From: the human T2T-CHM13v2.0 reference genome, Homo sapiens
Strand: one strand, 5' to 3'
Length of the DNA stretch: 64,000 nt
Assembly: GCF_009914755.1 (NCBI RefSeq)
Contig: NC_060946.1
Below, piece by piece: positions 1 to 19,734 of the stretch. A model generated the notes under the pieces. That model made no database searches and was not told the DNA's origin. It saw nothing but the letters and a program-made list of their open reading frames with translations. The stretch's first letter is position 1, and each line of letters opens with the position of its first letter. The position numbers were made by a program, and so were the translations under genes.

Positions 1-791
1 TTGGTAAACTTACTTCTTAGGTGGTAATGTGTTCTGTGAAAACACATATATATAGCCAAGACAATGGGAAAATTAAAAAAAGAACAACACATATATATTG
101 TCTCTTTGTGGTGATAGCAACCATTACTGCTAAATCCTTAGCTCCATTAATTTATTATGGACTGGAAAATGGTGACATTCCTAATCATTTCTTAATTTAT
201 TGGCTGGAATATTTCTGCAAAGAGAAGCTGGTCATTTACTAGTGCAATTTATATAAGAAAGGCAGAATAGACCCTTGATTTTTGTCCCATTATTTACCAG
301 TTCTCAAATGCAAATGTTTCCTGTTATCCTCAAAAGGTGATCAGTTACTGTTTCTTAATGTGGACTTAAACAAATCTGAAATACCGATGTCAATTTCACT
401 TACTGCTCTTATTGCTCAGAATGTTCTATCTTTGGCCAGTTGAATCCCTTCAAATTGTCTCCTGAATCCTGCTGATGTGTTCCTGGTAAGTAGTCTTTGA
501 CAGCTTCATTGGTATAACAAGATCTAGCACAAAAGCTTATCTCATATATTTTCTGCCGTTCCAGACTGGAATCAGCCATTTTACCAAGAAAGTTGGGTTT
601 CTTTTACTGGCAAATAGTACTTCAAGAGCACAGTCTTATGTAAGGTAAGTCATGGCTTCTGGATTTGTAATCGTTTTTTGGCCTTTTTAGTTGCTAGGGC
701 GAAAAAATTTTGTACACTTAAATATATAGATAATGCATAGGGATATCGATTATATAAATATGACAGGAACACTTAATGTATTATGTGCATA

Positions 792-2063
<1,272 letters not shown>

Positions 2064-3244
2064 TAAAATTTATGTATCATCTAAATATGTGACTTAACAT
2101 ATTTTGTTATAAATAGGTATTATGTACAAATAGACTAAGCATAAAAATTATAAAGTATACAAAAATAGCCTTTTTAAAGATGAAGTACCTTATGACTTTA
2201 TACTGACTTCTAACTGAAGTCTAAGACCTCATAGTTTTTTACTCAACCTCTTTTATATCTTCACCTTCTTTCCCCAACACTGAGAATCCTAGTCCCTTCT
2301 AAAGAACCACAATCTTGGATTTCTCCATTCCCCATCCTCCTTACAGTTCTCTTCCACAAAATTCTATAAACGCTCAGCTTCATTATTTTCCATAATTTAA
2401 AGGACCAGAATTTTTGTAGCTAAATTATTTATTTGTGTGCTTTGAGACATACTAACTTAAAATCATAGAAGTTTTAAAGCTGTAAAGGGTGTAGGAAATA
2501 ATCGCTTTAGGTTTTCCCAACTTGGAAGAGCAGTGCCACTTAGAATAAATAGCCTGAGGGATCTTAGCAAGCTGGAGTGAAGGCAGAGAGATCAGCTGTA
2601 ATGTTTTACATCCATGCATTTAGGTTTTCTTTTTTTCATTCAGGAAACATTTATAGAAGCCCTCGTGTATTCTAGGTGCTGATGACACTTTAATCCACAA
2701 AGGATGCAGATCACTCAGTATGTGTTGAAGGAAATTTTTATTTATTTTTGAAATGGATGTTGAATTTTCCACATCTCATATTTTATGGTAGAATGTGGCA
2801 GTATTGTGAGATTCAGGTAGTACTTTACAAAGAGGGACAAGTGATGCTTAGAGAATAGAAGCTTGAGATGGTTTTTTATTTTTATTTTTCCTGGAGGACT
2901 ATGCTGAGATGAATAACCTCTGTGATCTTGTGGCTGTATGGTTGATGCTGCTTCTGTGGCTAGATCTAGGTCAGGCTTACCTGGACTGGACTCAAAGACC
3001 ATGTCATTTTTGTTGTATGTACACATCTTTTAAAGACTGGTGATCATCCTCATATATGCATCTGTACCAGCTCCCCCTCTTGGCTATGTCTATTAATACC
3101 CACATGTTACACAGTACTGGGAAGAATATTGGCTTTGGAGCCAGGAAAACTGGCTGCACCATTTATAGTATCTGAGACCTATCTTTGATATAGTAATAAT
3201 ATATACTTTAAAGATTAAATTATTTAAAGCATATTCCCATTACC

Positions 3245-3510
3245 TTGGGAGGCCAAGGCGGGTGGATCACTTGAGGGCAGGAGTTTGAGACTAGCCTAGT
3301 CAACATGGTGAAACCCCATCTCTACTAAAAAATGCAAACAAAATTAGCCAGGTGTGGTGGCACATGCCTGTAGTCCCAGCTACTTGGGAGGCTGAGGCAC
3401 GAGAAATTGCTTGAACCCGGGAGGCAGAGATTGCAGTGAGCCTAGATAATGCCACTGCACTCCAGCCTGGGTGACAGAGTGAGACCTTGTCTCAAAAAAA
3501 AAAAAAAAAA
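3245..3510 (+). mobile_element. Alu (5'-truncated, AluS-like)
   Basis: Alu consensus with poly(A). Confidence 0.9.
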
Positions 3511-3579
3511 CCGCACATATAGCATATATAGGCACCATACAAAAGCTAGTTTTCTACTCATTGTCTTATGTTCCATATC

Positions 3580-3845
3580 TTTTTATTTATTTATTTTTTT
3601 TTTGGAGACAGGGTCACTGCAACAGGGTCACTGAATCCCAGGTTCAAGCGATTCTCCTGCCTCAGCCTCCCAGGTAGCTGAGACTACAGATGTGTGCCAC
3701 CACACCAAGCTAATTTTTGTGTTTTTAGTAGAGATGGGGTTTCACCATGTTGGCCAGGCCAGTCTCAAACTCCTGGCCTTAGGTGATCTGCCGGCCTCGG
3801 CCTCCCAAAGTGCTAGGATTAGAGGTGTGAGCCACCATGTCTGGT
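3580..3845 (-). mobile_element. Alu with internal deletion/micro-duplication
   Basis: Antisense Alu; TSD includes ttccatatct. Confidence 0.85.
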
Positions 3846-4069
3846 GTATTTTCCATATCTGAAGAGATGTTAATTACTCCCACTTCCTCTTCCCTCTAAC
3901 TAGGATTTTCTTTGTTGAGTTTCTCATATACCTTTCTTTTCTGTTTGCATGGATACCATCTAATCCATTTCACCCTAATCCTTAATCTCATGAATGAACT
4001 GTTGTCATATATTGCAGTAGTAGAGATGAGTGTTTGTTCTGTCTCTTTTTATTCACATTTAAGAATTCT

Positions 4070-4352
4070 GGCCCCACACAGTGGCTCATGCCTGTAATTC
4101 CAACACTTTGGGAGGCCACGGTGGAAGAGTTGCTTGAAGCCAGGACTTCAAGGCCAGCCTGGCCAACATAGTGAGACCCTGTCTCTACAAAAAATAAGAA
4201 TAAAATTAGCTGGTCATGGTAGCACACACCTGTAATCCAGCTACTGAAGAGGTTGAGGCAGGAGGGTCACGTTTGCCCAGGAGTAGGAGACTGCAGTGAG
4301 CAATGATCGCACCACTGCACTCCAGGCCAGGTGACAGAGCAAGACCCTGTTT
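4070..4352 (+). mobile_element. AluJ-like
   Basis: Diverged Alu dimer. Confidence 0.85.
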
Positions 4353-4549
4353 TGGGGGTGGGGAGGAGGAAGTACTTCTGACATAAGAGGTAAAAGACTA
4401 ATATAATGAACATCTGTATGCATTATAGCTAAGAAATAAAACATTTCCAGTAAAAGTGAAGCCCCCATGCTTACCTACCTGATTGCATCTCTCTCTCCCA
4501 TTTCCTTCCCCCTCCTGCAAGTTTCACAATCCTGAATTATTTTAGATTA

Positions 4550-4939
<390 letters not shown>

Positions 4940-5847
4940 TTATATTTGGGTCTTTATCTGGATTTACTTTTTGTGTTTTTTCCCCCACACATATAACAAA
5001 TAGTCTTAGCACTACTTATTGAACAGTCTATCCTCTGACATAATATACTAACTTGACATATATCAATTTTTTCCAGGTTCTCTGTGATATTTTTATAAAT
5101 ATTCCTATTTTTGAAAAAATCTGTTTTCTCTCATTTTTGAATGCAGTACTCCATCTATAACTGCTAGGTCAAGTTTATTGTGTTTGAATACTCTACCTTC
5201 TTAGTGATTTTGTGTGTGTATATACTTGATACAACAGTAACTGAAAGAGATGTGTTAAAATTTCTCAGTACAGTGACTCATGTGGTTTTTATTCTTGTTC
5301 TATTTTTTTGCCATATATTTTCAAGACTGTGCTATTAGTGTGTAAAAAGTAGAACTTTCATATGTTTCAGGTTAATTGATCTTAGATGCCATGCCTCTCA
5401 AGATATGTTTTTGTCTTATGTCTGATATTCAGGGAGCTGTACCAAGTTATTTTGGGTCAGAATTCTCCTGGGATATCTTTTTTCTTCGCCTTTTTAAACT
5501 CGTTTATTATAAAAACAATGTTACCATATGCAAAACTAGAAGAGTGTAATGAATTCCCGTGTGTCCATCATCTATCTTTAACAGGTATGAATTTGGCATT
5601 CTCATTTATTCTCCCTCCTAGTTTATTTCTTCTGGGGGGTATTTTAAAGCAAATTCAAAACATCATATAATTTCTTCTATAGGTATTACTAACTTTCAAC
5701 TTTACCTTATGTTCTAAGTGTGGCTCCTGTTAACAGGTTATAGGCAGATTGTATGGTTAACATTGACTTTCTAGGCTTTTTTAATACATTCTGATATTCT
5801 TTTAATTGATTGTCTTTCATTTATTGTGGGCTTATTTCTACAATTAA

Positions 5848-6810
<963 letters not shown>

Positions 6811-7741
6811 ACCACATGCATGCTTAGTCTAAAAAACATTATTTTTACCCTCCTCATGAACAATGCAAAGACCTTAGAATGCTCTAACCTTGAACAACAA
6901 TTTGAACAATATACTGGACTATATATTGGCCCCATCCTGTTTTTCTCTTAGAAATCAGGCATCTCTGTATCAGAGATGTTGTATCATACAACAAATTAGA
7001 CATTTATTTTCTGTTTTATACAATAAATATTTAGATTTGCTTACCATTCCCTTTTACATCTCAGCCCTTACATCTTAGTTAATTTTATTTGAAATTTGTA
7101 TTCAAAAGTTTAATGGGTTTAAACTTTTGAGTTTGCACAAAAGGCTTTTGGTGGTAAATTATGGGATCTTTTTGTCTGAAAATGTCTCTATTTTGTCCTT
7201 ATTCTTACAAAAGTGCTTTGATACAGAATTCTAAGTTGAGATTTGTTTTCTCTTGGCATGTTTAAGATACCGTTGTCCTGTCTTCTGGCTCTCATTGAAA
7301 TAATCTAATACCTAGTCCTTTGTAGGCAATACAATCTTCTCTCTCTAGTTTTTACAGAAATATAACATGCATACAGAAAAGCACAAAAATTATATGCTTG
7401 GTACATTTCCAATAGTAAAAGCACTCATGTAATCATACCTCGATAAATAAATAAAGCATTATCAGAACCCCAGATCTACTTCTTTTAGGCCTTCCCAGTA
7501 TTTACCACCCAAAGTTAATCAGTGTTTTATCTTATTACATGGTAGATTGGTTTTTCCTTATTTTACACTCTTACATAAATGGAATGTTAAGGTAAACATT
7601 TAACAACTGGCTTTTTTCTGCTCAGCACTACATGAGATTCATCTGCAATAGTTTATTCATTCTCATCGCTATCGAGCATCCCATTATTGGAATATACTAC
7701 TATTCCATGTGGTACTATCACCATGAGGCGTGGTGGCCTGA

Positions 7742-8661
<920 letters not shown>

Positions 8662-8689
8662 TTAGATGACTTTTAACAGTAAAGTGTTA

Positions 8690-8961
8690 TCCCATCACTT
8701 TCGGAGGCCTAGGCTGGCGGATTGCTTGAGCCCAGGAGTTTGAGACCTGCTTGGACAACATGGCGAGAACTCATCTTTACAAAAAATTTAAAAATTAGCC
8801 AGGTGTGGTGGCATGCCTCTGTAGTCCCAGCTACTCAGGAGGCTGAAGCAGAAGGATTGCTTGAGCCCAGGAGGTCAAGTCTGCAGTGAGCTATGTTTGT
8901 ACCAGTGCACTCCAGCCTGGGCAACAGAGCAAGACCCTGTCTCAAAAAAATAAAAATAAAA
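8690..8961 (+). mobile_element. AluJ-like (5'-truncated)
   Basis: Alu consensus with A-rich tail. Confidence 0.85.
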
Positions 8962-9377
8962 GTCATTTGAGTTGTTTCCAGTTTTTGACTATTACAAATC
9001 GTGCTATTTGTCTTTTATTGGCATTTGTGCTCATTTCTCTTGTATATACCTAGATATGAAATTGCTGGTAATAAGAAACTGCCAAATAGTTTTCAAAAGT
9101 GGTTGTGTCATTTTATGCTCCTACTAGAAATGTATGAGAGTTCTGTTTACTCCATAAAAACTCATCAACTTTGCTGCTCTCAATCTTACCAGCTTTAACC
9201 ATTTTGCTTGATGGGTAATGGTATCTCATTGTGGTTTTAATTTAAATTTCTCTGATGACTAATGTGCTTGTTGGCCATTCATATATCTTCATATGTGCAA
9301 ATCTCTCATTTTTAAAATTGGGTTATTTGTCTTCTTGAATTGAGCTATAAGAGTTTTTTTAAAAAATATATTCTGGA

Positions 9378-9739
<362 letters not shown>

Positions 9740-10075
9740 TTAAAGAAAAAAATTTAGTTTTGATTAATTCCAGTTTATCAGTTTTTTAGATCTTATTAGA
9801 TCTAGTTATAGTTCATGTCTTTTGTCTTCTAAGAAATCTTTTCCTACCTCAGAGTTGCAAGGATTTTTCTCTTACGTTTTCTTCTAGAAGTTTTGTAGTT
9901 TACTTGTTTTATTTAGATCTTCAATCCCTTTCAAGTTAATTTTTATCTGTGATCTGAGGTAAAGGATGTGGTCATTTTGTTTTGTATAGGCATATTCAGT
10001 TGTTTAGTGGAATATATATATATATTCTTAAACCAAGAAGACAGCTTTGCTTACTCTAAGTTTATAGTAAGTCTT

Positions 10076-10352
10076 GGCCAGGTGCAGTCACTCAGGCCTG
10101 TAATCTCAGCACTTTGGGAGCCCGAGGCATGATGATTGCTTAAGCCCAGGAGCTCAAGACCAGCCTGGGCAACGTAGGGAGACCCTATCTCTGTGAAAAA
10201 TAAAATGATTAGCTGGGTGTGATGGCACACACCTGTGATCCCAGGTACTCCGGAGGCTGAGATGGGAGGATTGCTTGAGCCTGGGAGGTCAAAGCTGCAG
10301 TGAACCATGATCCTGTCACTGCACTTCAGCCTGGGCGACAGAGCGAGACCCT
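10076..10352 (+). mobile_element. AluJ-like
   Basis: Alu dimer. Confidence 0.85.
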
Positions 10353-10966
10353 CTGGGGTTGGCAGGGGGTGGTAGGGGGAGAGTTTATAATAAGTCTTGA
10401 AATCAGTCCTCTCTTTTGGTTATTTTTCAAAATTATTTGGCTGTCCATTTTTATATACATTTTAGAGCTTGTTAATTTCCACAAAACAATCCTGCTGGAC
10501 TTTTGAGTGGGATTGCATTGAATCTGTTAATTAATTTGGGGGGAATTGACCTCTTCACAATATTGAGATTTCCGATCCACTAACATATCTCCAATTGTCA
10601 AGTCTTCTTTGATATCTCTTGGCAGTGTTTTATACTTTTTATTATAAAGGTCTGAAACATATTTGTTCCTAGCATTTTATGATTTTGGATGCTATCGTAA
10701 GTGATATTTTATTTCAATTTCCAATTGTTATTACAATATACACATTTATGATTGCTACATCTTCCTCATGCATTGAACCTGTTATGAAATGTTTTTATCT
10801 CTGGTAACATTTTTTGTCTGAGGTCTTCATTATCTGATTTTAATATAGCTACTTCATTCATCTCGTTCATACTTTTGTTCTTTTGAATAGTAACCTTTCT
10901 GTTCATTTACATCCTGTCCTTATTTAAAGAGCATCTCTCACAGACATCATCTTGATGGATAGGGTC

Positions 10967-11287
10967 TTTCTTTTTTTTTTTTTTTTTTTTGAGTTGGAGT
11001 CTGTGTCACCCAGGCTGGAATGCAGTGGCACAGTTATATAGCTCACTATAAGCCTCCCACTCCTGGTCTCAAGCAATCCTCCCACCTCAGCCTCTTGAAT
11101 AGCTGGGACTACAGGCACAAGCCACCACATCCAGCTAGTATTTTTACTTTTTACTTTTTTTTTTTTTGTAAAGATGGAGTCTCACTATGCTGCCCAGGCT
11201 GGTCTCAAACTCCTGGCCTCAAGCAATCCTCCCATCTAGGTCTCCCAAAGTATTGGGATTACGGGCATGAGCCACCATGCCCAGCCT
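10967..11287 (-). mobile_element. AluJ-like
   Basis: Antisense Alu dimer. Confidence 0.85.
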
Positions 11288-11804
11288 TTTTTAAAAATAA
11301 AAATTGATTCTGACAAATATCCGCCTTTTGGAGTGTTTAGTCCACTAACAGTTTATGGAATTATTGGTACAGTTTTATTTAGTTGCTTTTTTGGTCATCA
11401 TTGTTTATCTCCTTTGTTTTTTGTTCTTCTGCTTTTCTGTTTCTGCTTGTTATTCTTCTGTGTTTTTTAAAGTGGTTGCTCTAGGAATTAAGATGTATGA
11501 ACTTATTCATAATCTACTTAGACTTAAGATGTATGTATCACAGCACATGAAATATAAGAAACTTTTAGCCATACAGGCCCATTTATTCCATTCCCCTGTC
11601 CTTAATGGAATAATAGACCTAGAAATGTGCTCAACCCCCATTATACAATGTTATAACTTTTGCTTTTATAGTCATAAGTATGCTAATGAAATTAGTGGGA
11701 AGTAATAATGTTTTATATTTATCCTTGTATTTACCATTTATTGTCCTCTTCATTTCTTTGTGAAGTTCTGTGTTTCTATCTAGTATCCTCTGCTTTCTGC
11801 TTAA

Positions 11805-12127
<323 letters not shown>

Positions 12128-12366
12128 CTCCTTTAACATTTCTTGTAATGCAGGTCTACTGACAATAAATTTTCTTGGTTTTCTTTTATTTGAAAATATC
12201 TTTATTTTACCTTAACTCTTGGAGAATATTTTTACTGGATGTAAAATTCTGGTTTAATTTTTTAAATTCCCATAGAACTTTAAAGATGTTTCATTGTCTT
12301 CTGGCTTTTATTGTTTCTGATAAAAATCTGAAGACATTTTGAATCATCCATTCTTCCCCGTATGTT

Positions 12367-12376
12367 AGAGAGAGAG

Positions 12377-12436
<60 letters not shown>
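12367..12436. repeat. Compound microsatellite (AG)6-CG-(TG)28
   Basis: Read directly. Confidence 0.95.
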
Positions 12437-12439
<3 letters not shown>

Positions 12440-13203
12440 CCTCCAGCTGCTTTAAGGATTGTTCTCTTTAATTCTTGCTTTATCACCTTGGTCCAGGCAT
12501 ATGATGTGCCCAGGCAAAGTTTTCTTTATATTTATCTTTCTTGGGGTTCACTGAGCTTACAAGTTTATGTTGTTCACCATTCTCAGTCAGTTTTTGGCCA
12601 TTATTCATTTCTTCAAATATTTTTTTCTACTGCCCTTTCTCTTCTCTTTCTGGAACTCCAGATTTGTGACACTTTTTGTTTTTGTTTTTGTTTTGTTTAT
12701 AGTTGCATCAAGTCCCTGAGGCTCTGTTCATCTTTTGATGTATTTTTTTCTTTCTGAAGTTGGCTAATTTCTATTGCTCTCTCTTCTTGTTCACATATTG
12801 TCTATCTTCAAACTGCACTAAACCAACCCAGTGGTTTTTTATTCAGATATTATAATTCTCTAATCTGAAATGTCCATTTAGTCTTTTTATATAGTGCATA
12901 TTTCTCTGCTGAGATTTTTAAATCTTTTCCTTCCTCATAAGTATGTTCTCTTTTATGTCCTTGAACATAGTTGTATTAGCTGCTTAAATTCCTTGTATGT
13001 TAATTTCAACATCTGGGGTCCTCCCAGGGTAAGTATCCATTCAAAGTTTCTTGAGCATGGCTCACACTTCCCTGTTATCTATTTATGTGGCATACTTTTG
13101 GATTGTATCCTAGATACTCTGAATGAAGCATTGTAAAGACTTTAGATTGTGTTATCTTCTTCCTAAGAGTACTGATACTTTTCCGTTTTAAAAAAATTAA
13201 GTC

Positions 13204-13474
<271 letters not shown>

Positions 13475-16400
13475 TTAAGTCATTAGGTTGGAGGAACTGG
13501 AACCTCTTATTTCCTCTATGGTAGGCAGCAGCTGAAACTTTAGTTCAGTTCATTTAGCCTTACCTAGGCTACTTGGAGACAGCCCTTCAGTGTTTACAAA
13601 TACAATTTGGGAATACTCCACTCTGACTCTTACCTTAATAGCATTTTCCTCCTAACTAGCTACTGTGTTTGCCCTGAAATCTGTCCTCTGGGACAAGAAA
13701 GTCAAACTATGGATTTTAAAACTGAGTTTTAACATCTATGCATGGCATGGATTGGAGTCTGCCCAAAGAAGAAAATGGAATTTATTCCAGTGCTCGACTC
13801 CGCCCCCTCTCCTGCAAAATCTTCCTCCTTTGATTGCTCTCCAGTGCCTTTAGGTAGTTTTGGTTTTTGTTTTTCGTTTTTTGTTTTCCTATTTCATTAA
13901 GGGTTTATAGTTGTTATTTGTGGAATTATTATTCTGATAGTGGCTACTCAGCCACAATTAGAAGCAAAGTCACTTGGTTCTTTTTGATGCATGCAGTTTT
14001 ATAGATACTCATATGAGGACAGTGGTCCTCACAGGTCCCTATTTGAACATGTGAATTACATGACAGGTAGCAGTAACATTAGCCATGACTACCCCGGGCT
14101 TTGGCTGTTAGATTTGGCTGTAGTAACTGGATCAGGAACCCTGTATTAGAGTTAGTTAGATCAAGTCAAGGTATTCCTCCAAACTGTGTGATGCAAACAC
14201 TGCAAATATAGAGTGCCAGTACGTTTCAACAAGTCTTAGGTTTCATATCCATGTAGAGCTGAATACCAGAAAAGCCCATTTCATGTGGTCAGTAAATGTT
14301 AAATCATTTATGATAAACAGCTTTAGTCCTTGTAAATGATTTTAAAATAATATATAGTTTAGAGTAGTGATGGATTTGGGTGTGCCCAAGGAAAAGAAAA
14401 TTGCCTACAATATTAGGAAGTTCAAAATACATAACCATCTGTGACTTGATGGAGGGGGGTGTAACATAAAGATGTATGATGCTATTTGTAAAACTAATTT
14501 CTCTTTCCATTTAATCTCTTGTTGCCTAAGAAAATGCATCTAGTAATTAAGATACCATTTTGGTCTTGCTTGTAAATGCTGTTGCCTTCATTAAATTTCA
14601 CACTTGTGAAAAGGAGCTATTAAGAGACAGCCTAAGGTAACACTTTTGAATAGCTAACTTTGTTAAAAATACGTTTTCCAAATTTCTTGCAATAAAATGT
14701 AATTGCATTTTCTGTTTTCACTTGTGTAGAGTCTTCTCACATATTATCTGTTAGAGATAAGACTTGGTGCTAGAGGGAATATTTTGGCAAACTGGAGTAG
14801 TACAGTGACTTTTAAGTTCTTTCCTTGCCATTCATAATAAATAAAGTTTTCTGGTTTCTCTGCTAGTTTTTCTTAACATTCACTTCTCATAAGCTTAAGG
14901 AGTAGCACTGAGAGGTTCCAGGATATATGCTATTTTGAAACAGTGTCAAAAATTTGAAAGATTTGTCATTAAGTTACGCAAAGTGGTTAGGAGGCAGTCA
15001 ATAAATAATCATTAAGCCTGTATTGCAACACCAGTGTACCTTGATAGCACAGCTACTACGTTAAACAAAAAACAGGGTGGGGGAAGAGGAAAAAACTATG
15101 TAATCTTTTGTCATTGGTTATACAAAATCATAGCCAATGAAAATATGTTCTATTTTACAAAACTGGATACATAGTAAAGGTGTTGCTATTGTATACATGA
15201 ACAATGAACTTATGACATGTATTCTTTATCCTTTCACGTGTTTTAATATTTTCCATTGGATTTCTACGTCTTTATTTCTGTGACTGGTCTATAGCAAGAC
15301 TAATATTAATAGATGAAAATGTTTTGAGGTTGATTGTATAACCTTTAAGCTTCCCGCATCAGTTTACCTTAAGACAGATCTTAATTCACATATCCTTATT
15401 AGTAGCTTAGTCATATATAAGAAACATTGAGTGCTCTTTTCCACTAATTTTAAGTCCCTTTCATGTATTTTCAAAGTGACAGTATTAACATGCTTGCTTC
15501 TAAAGTTCTTTTTCCAGATACTGATGTAAAGGTTCTCCTCTATCCTACATTAATTTTAACCTCAAAAGATCACCTTGAAGAAAAAATTTCTAGTTTTATC
15601 ATTTAGGTTTATTTTAGCCTTTGCCTCTTCCTAAAATTATTAATAGAATGTAGTTAGTGTGACTGAATTTTGTGATATGAATACTTTCTACAGAGAATAA
15701 GACCAAATCTCTAAATTTGCTTTGAACTGAAATGTAAAATGCTTTTGAATCCAACAATTTTTAACCTAGTTTGAGATCAAACTACTATAGATTGTGCAAT
15801 TGAAAGTATGTTTTCTTCAAATGAATACACAAAAATCTATAACCTACATGTATATATAGTGAGTACCTAGAAGATACAATTTCAGTTAGAATAAACTCAA
15901 GAGCTCTGTTGTACAACATGGTAGCTGTAGTTTAAAACAATGTATACTTGAATATTGCTAAAATAGTAGATTTTACTCACCAAAAATAAATGATAAGTAT
16001 GTAAGTTAAGTACTAAATAAATAAATTATCATTTTTAATACTAATAGAAGGAAATACCTAGGAATGGAGTTAATGCACGTACTTTAAAGTTATATAAAAA
16101 TAACCTTGTACCATTCCTGAAAAATACATAAATGTAGACTTGAACAAATGGAAAGATAGTGTTCTTGAAAAGGATGTTTCGTTACCACAAAAAATGTCAT
16201 TTTCTCCCCATGTTAAAAAATAAACATAGTCCCAGTAAAAATACCACCTTTTTTTTCCAGGAGATAGAAAGCTTAATTATAAAGGCATGTATAAATAAGG
16301 AAGAATAACCAAGAAATCACTGAAAAACAACAATAATGGGTGAAGTGTGGCTAGCCCTAGCAGATGTTAAGACATACTATAAAAGCCTCCACAACTAGAA

Positions 16401-17372
16401 GAGAGTAATGTCACATTACAGACAAATCAACAAAACGGAATAGAAATTCCAAAAATTAACCACATACTAATGGAAATTTGGCATATAGATATGGCCATCT
16501 CAAATCACTGGAGGAAAATGGACTTTTAATAAGTAGTATTGAGATCACTGAATAGCAATTTGAAAAAAGATTGAACGTAAACCTCATATTGTATGCCAAA
16601 ATAAATTCAAGGAGGTCAGAGAGATAATATAAAAAATGAAACCATATAAGAACTAGAAGGAAAAAAATGGGAGAATCCTTTATAGCCAAGGAGTGTCAAA
16701 AACCTTAAAAAAACACATATCATTTATTTGCGGTGGGAACACTTAAAATCTCTTTTAGCAATATTCAAGTATACATTGTTATTAACTACATTCAGCATGT
16801 TGCACACTAGATCTCTTGAATTTATTCTTTCTAACTGAAATTTTGTATCACTTGACCAGCATCTCCCCAGTCCACACCTCCAGCCCCTGATAATCTTACT
16901 CTCTGCTTTTATGAGTTTAACTTTTTTTAATTCCACATATTGGTAATATCATGCAGTATTTGTCTTTTTCTGCCTAGCTTATTCCACTGACGTTGTCACA
17001 TAAATGGCTGAATAATATTCTTTTGTGTATATATACCACATTTTCTCTATCCATTTTTGTCTATTGATAGACACTTAGGTTGATTCCGTATCTTGGCTGT
17101 TGTGAATAGTGATACAATGAGCATGGGAGTGCAGATGACTCTTTGACATACTGATTTCACTTCCTTGGGATGTATACCCAGTAATAGGATTGCTAGATCA
17201 TATGGTAGCTCCATTTTTAATTTTTTTGTGGAACCTCTGTACTGTTTTCCATAAAGGCTGTACTAATTTACATTCCTGCCAGCAGTATGCAAGGGTTCCC
17301 CTTTCTCCACATCCTCTCCAGCACTTATTGTTCATCTTTTAAGTAATAGCCATTCTAACAGGTGTGAGGTAA

Positions 17373-17782
<410 letters not shown>

Positions 17783-19734
17783 TTTTGCCCATTTTTAAAT
17801 TGGGTTGTTTTCTTGCTATTGAGTTCTTTATATACTTTTTGATATTAACTCCTTGTCAGATGTATGGTTTGCACACGTTTTCTCGTATAGCTTGTCTCTT
17901 CACTCTGCTGATTGTTTCATTTGCTGTGCAGAAGTTATTTAGTTTAATGTAACCCCACTTGTTTATTTTTGCTTTTGTTGCCTGTGCTTTTGAGGTCCTA
18001 TCTAAAAACCCATTGCCCAGATCAAAAGCCTTTCTAACTCTGACTCAATCTAACACATTAAAGAAAAGGTTAATGTGACTACACAAACATTAAAGAACAT
18101 TTGTATCCAAATACTTTAAGGAGTAAACGTAAAGCATTTGCCATTTGTCTTTCTGTGCCTGACTTATTTGTGTCACAAGAAGATAATCTCAGTAACATAC
18201 AATAACATACAATACTCTTAATCTCAGTAACGTGCAGTAACATACAAGGAGCTCTCACAATGTGAGGATAAAAACTCAGAAACTTGAACATTCAGTTCAC
18301 AGAAAGAGACAAATGGCATTCGAACATATGAAAAATTGCTCAATCCCACTCATAAGGAAGTTCAAATTAAAGCTACACTATGATATCATGCAGTGAAATA
18401 CTACTCAGCAATTGCTGATGCCAATATAATGTTATGTGAAAGATGACATTCTGAAAAAGGCAATAGGCCAGAAATCAGTGGTTGACAGGGACCAGAAATA
18501 GTGAGACAGGACATGAGGCAAATGGGTTGCTGAACATGTTCTGTGTCTTGGCTGTGGTGGTGGTTACTTGAATATGTGTTTACTGAAACTCGTTGGACTA
18601 TACACCCCAAAAAGGTGAATGTATTGTATGTAAATTATACCTCAGTAAACCCGAGTTTTTTCTTTCTATCACTGTTTGATTGGAAATAAACCTAAATTTT
18701 AAAACAGTCAAAAGCCACACTATGATATTTCTTACATATAGCTTAGCAAAAATTGAAAAGTTCACGGCACTGTTGGAGATGCAGTGGAGAAAGAGGCTCT
18801 ATCATACATTACTGGTAGATATACATCTGTTAGGGAGGTCTGTCCCTTTTGATATTAGTGGCAAATATTTTTCCCACTTTGTCAGTTGTGTTTTGAGTTT
18901 GCTTATGTGCAAAATGTCACAGTCTTTATCTAGAGGAATTTCACAATATCTAACAAAATTACAGATGCATTTATCCATTGGCCTATCTATTCTTTTTCTA
19001 GTCTATCCTACTTCTATTGCTGTCTATGTCCTACCTCATCCCACAAAAGAGACTACTATTGTTGTTGAGTATGCTATCAAGATTTTGTTTAATGCATATA
19101 CATGCAAGTAGAAGTGAACATTCTTCCCCTTCCCCCTTTTACGCAGATGCCTGCTCTACACACCATTCCATGATTTGTTTCCTTCACTTCTGATATCTGA
19201 GAGATTTTTACATATCAGTACATGAAAATCAGCCTCTCTGTGGGTTTTCTTTCAGGGGAGTAGGGAGTTAAGATTTTTTTAAAATTAACGGTCTAGAGTA
19301 TATTTCACTGAGTGCATAATTTTTTATGTAACTAACCTTATAGTGGATATAAGATTGTTTACTTTTTTTCTATTACAAACGATGCTGCAAGGCAGAATCA
19401 TTATGTTTATTATCTCGTGTATGTATACTACATCTATAGGATACATTCTAAGAATTAGTATTGCCTAGTAAAATGGAAGGTACATGTGTAATTTTGAAGG
19501 GTATTGACAGATTGCCATCAACAGGGTTTGTAGCCATTTACACTGTTAACCGGTGATGTCTGAGAATGCCTATTTCCCCTCAGCATTGCCAACATCTTAT
19601 CAAGATTTTAGATTTTGACCAAAATCTTATTTTAGTTTTAACCTTTGGTCAGTTCTATATACTAGGAAGATTTGTCCTTTGCGATATGAGTTGCAAATAT
19701 TTTTCCCACTTTGTCATTTGTTATCGTTGAGTGT

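Noticed and set aside
3606-3634. acagggtcactg repeated twice inside an Alu
   Set aside because: Small slippage/deletion scar in a neutral repeat
14060-14190. Stem-loop (taacattagcca...tggctgtta) as a possible H/ACA snoRNA or miRNA
   Set aside because: No convincing H box, ACA box or second hairpin; stem too imperfect
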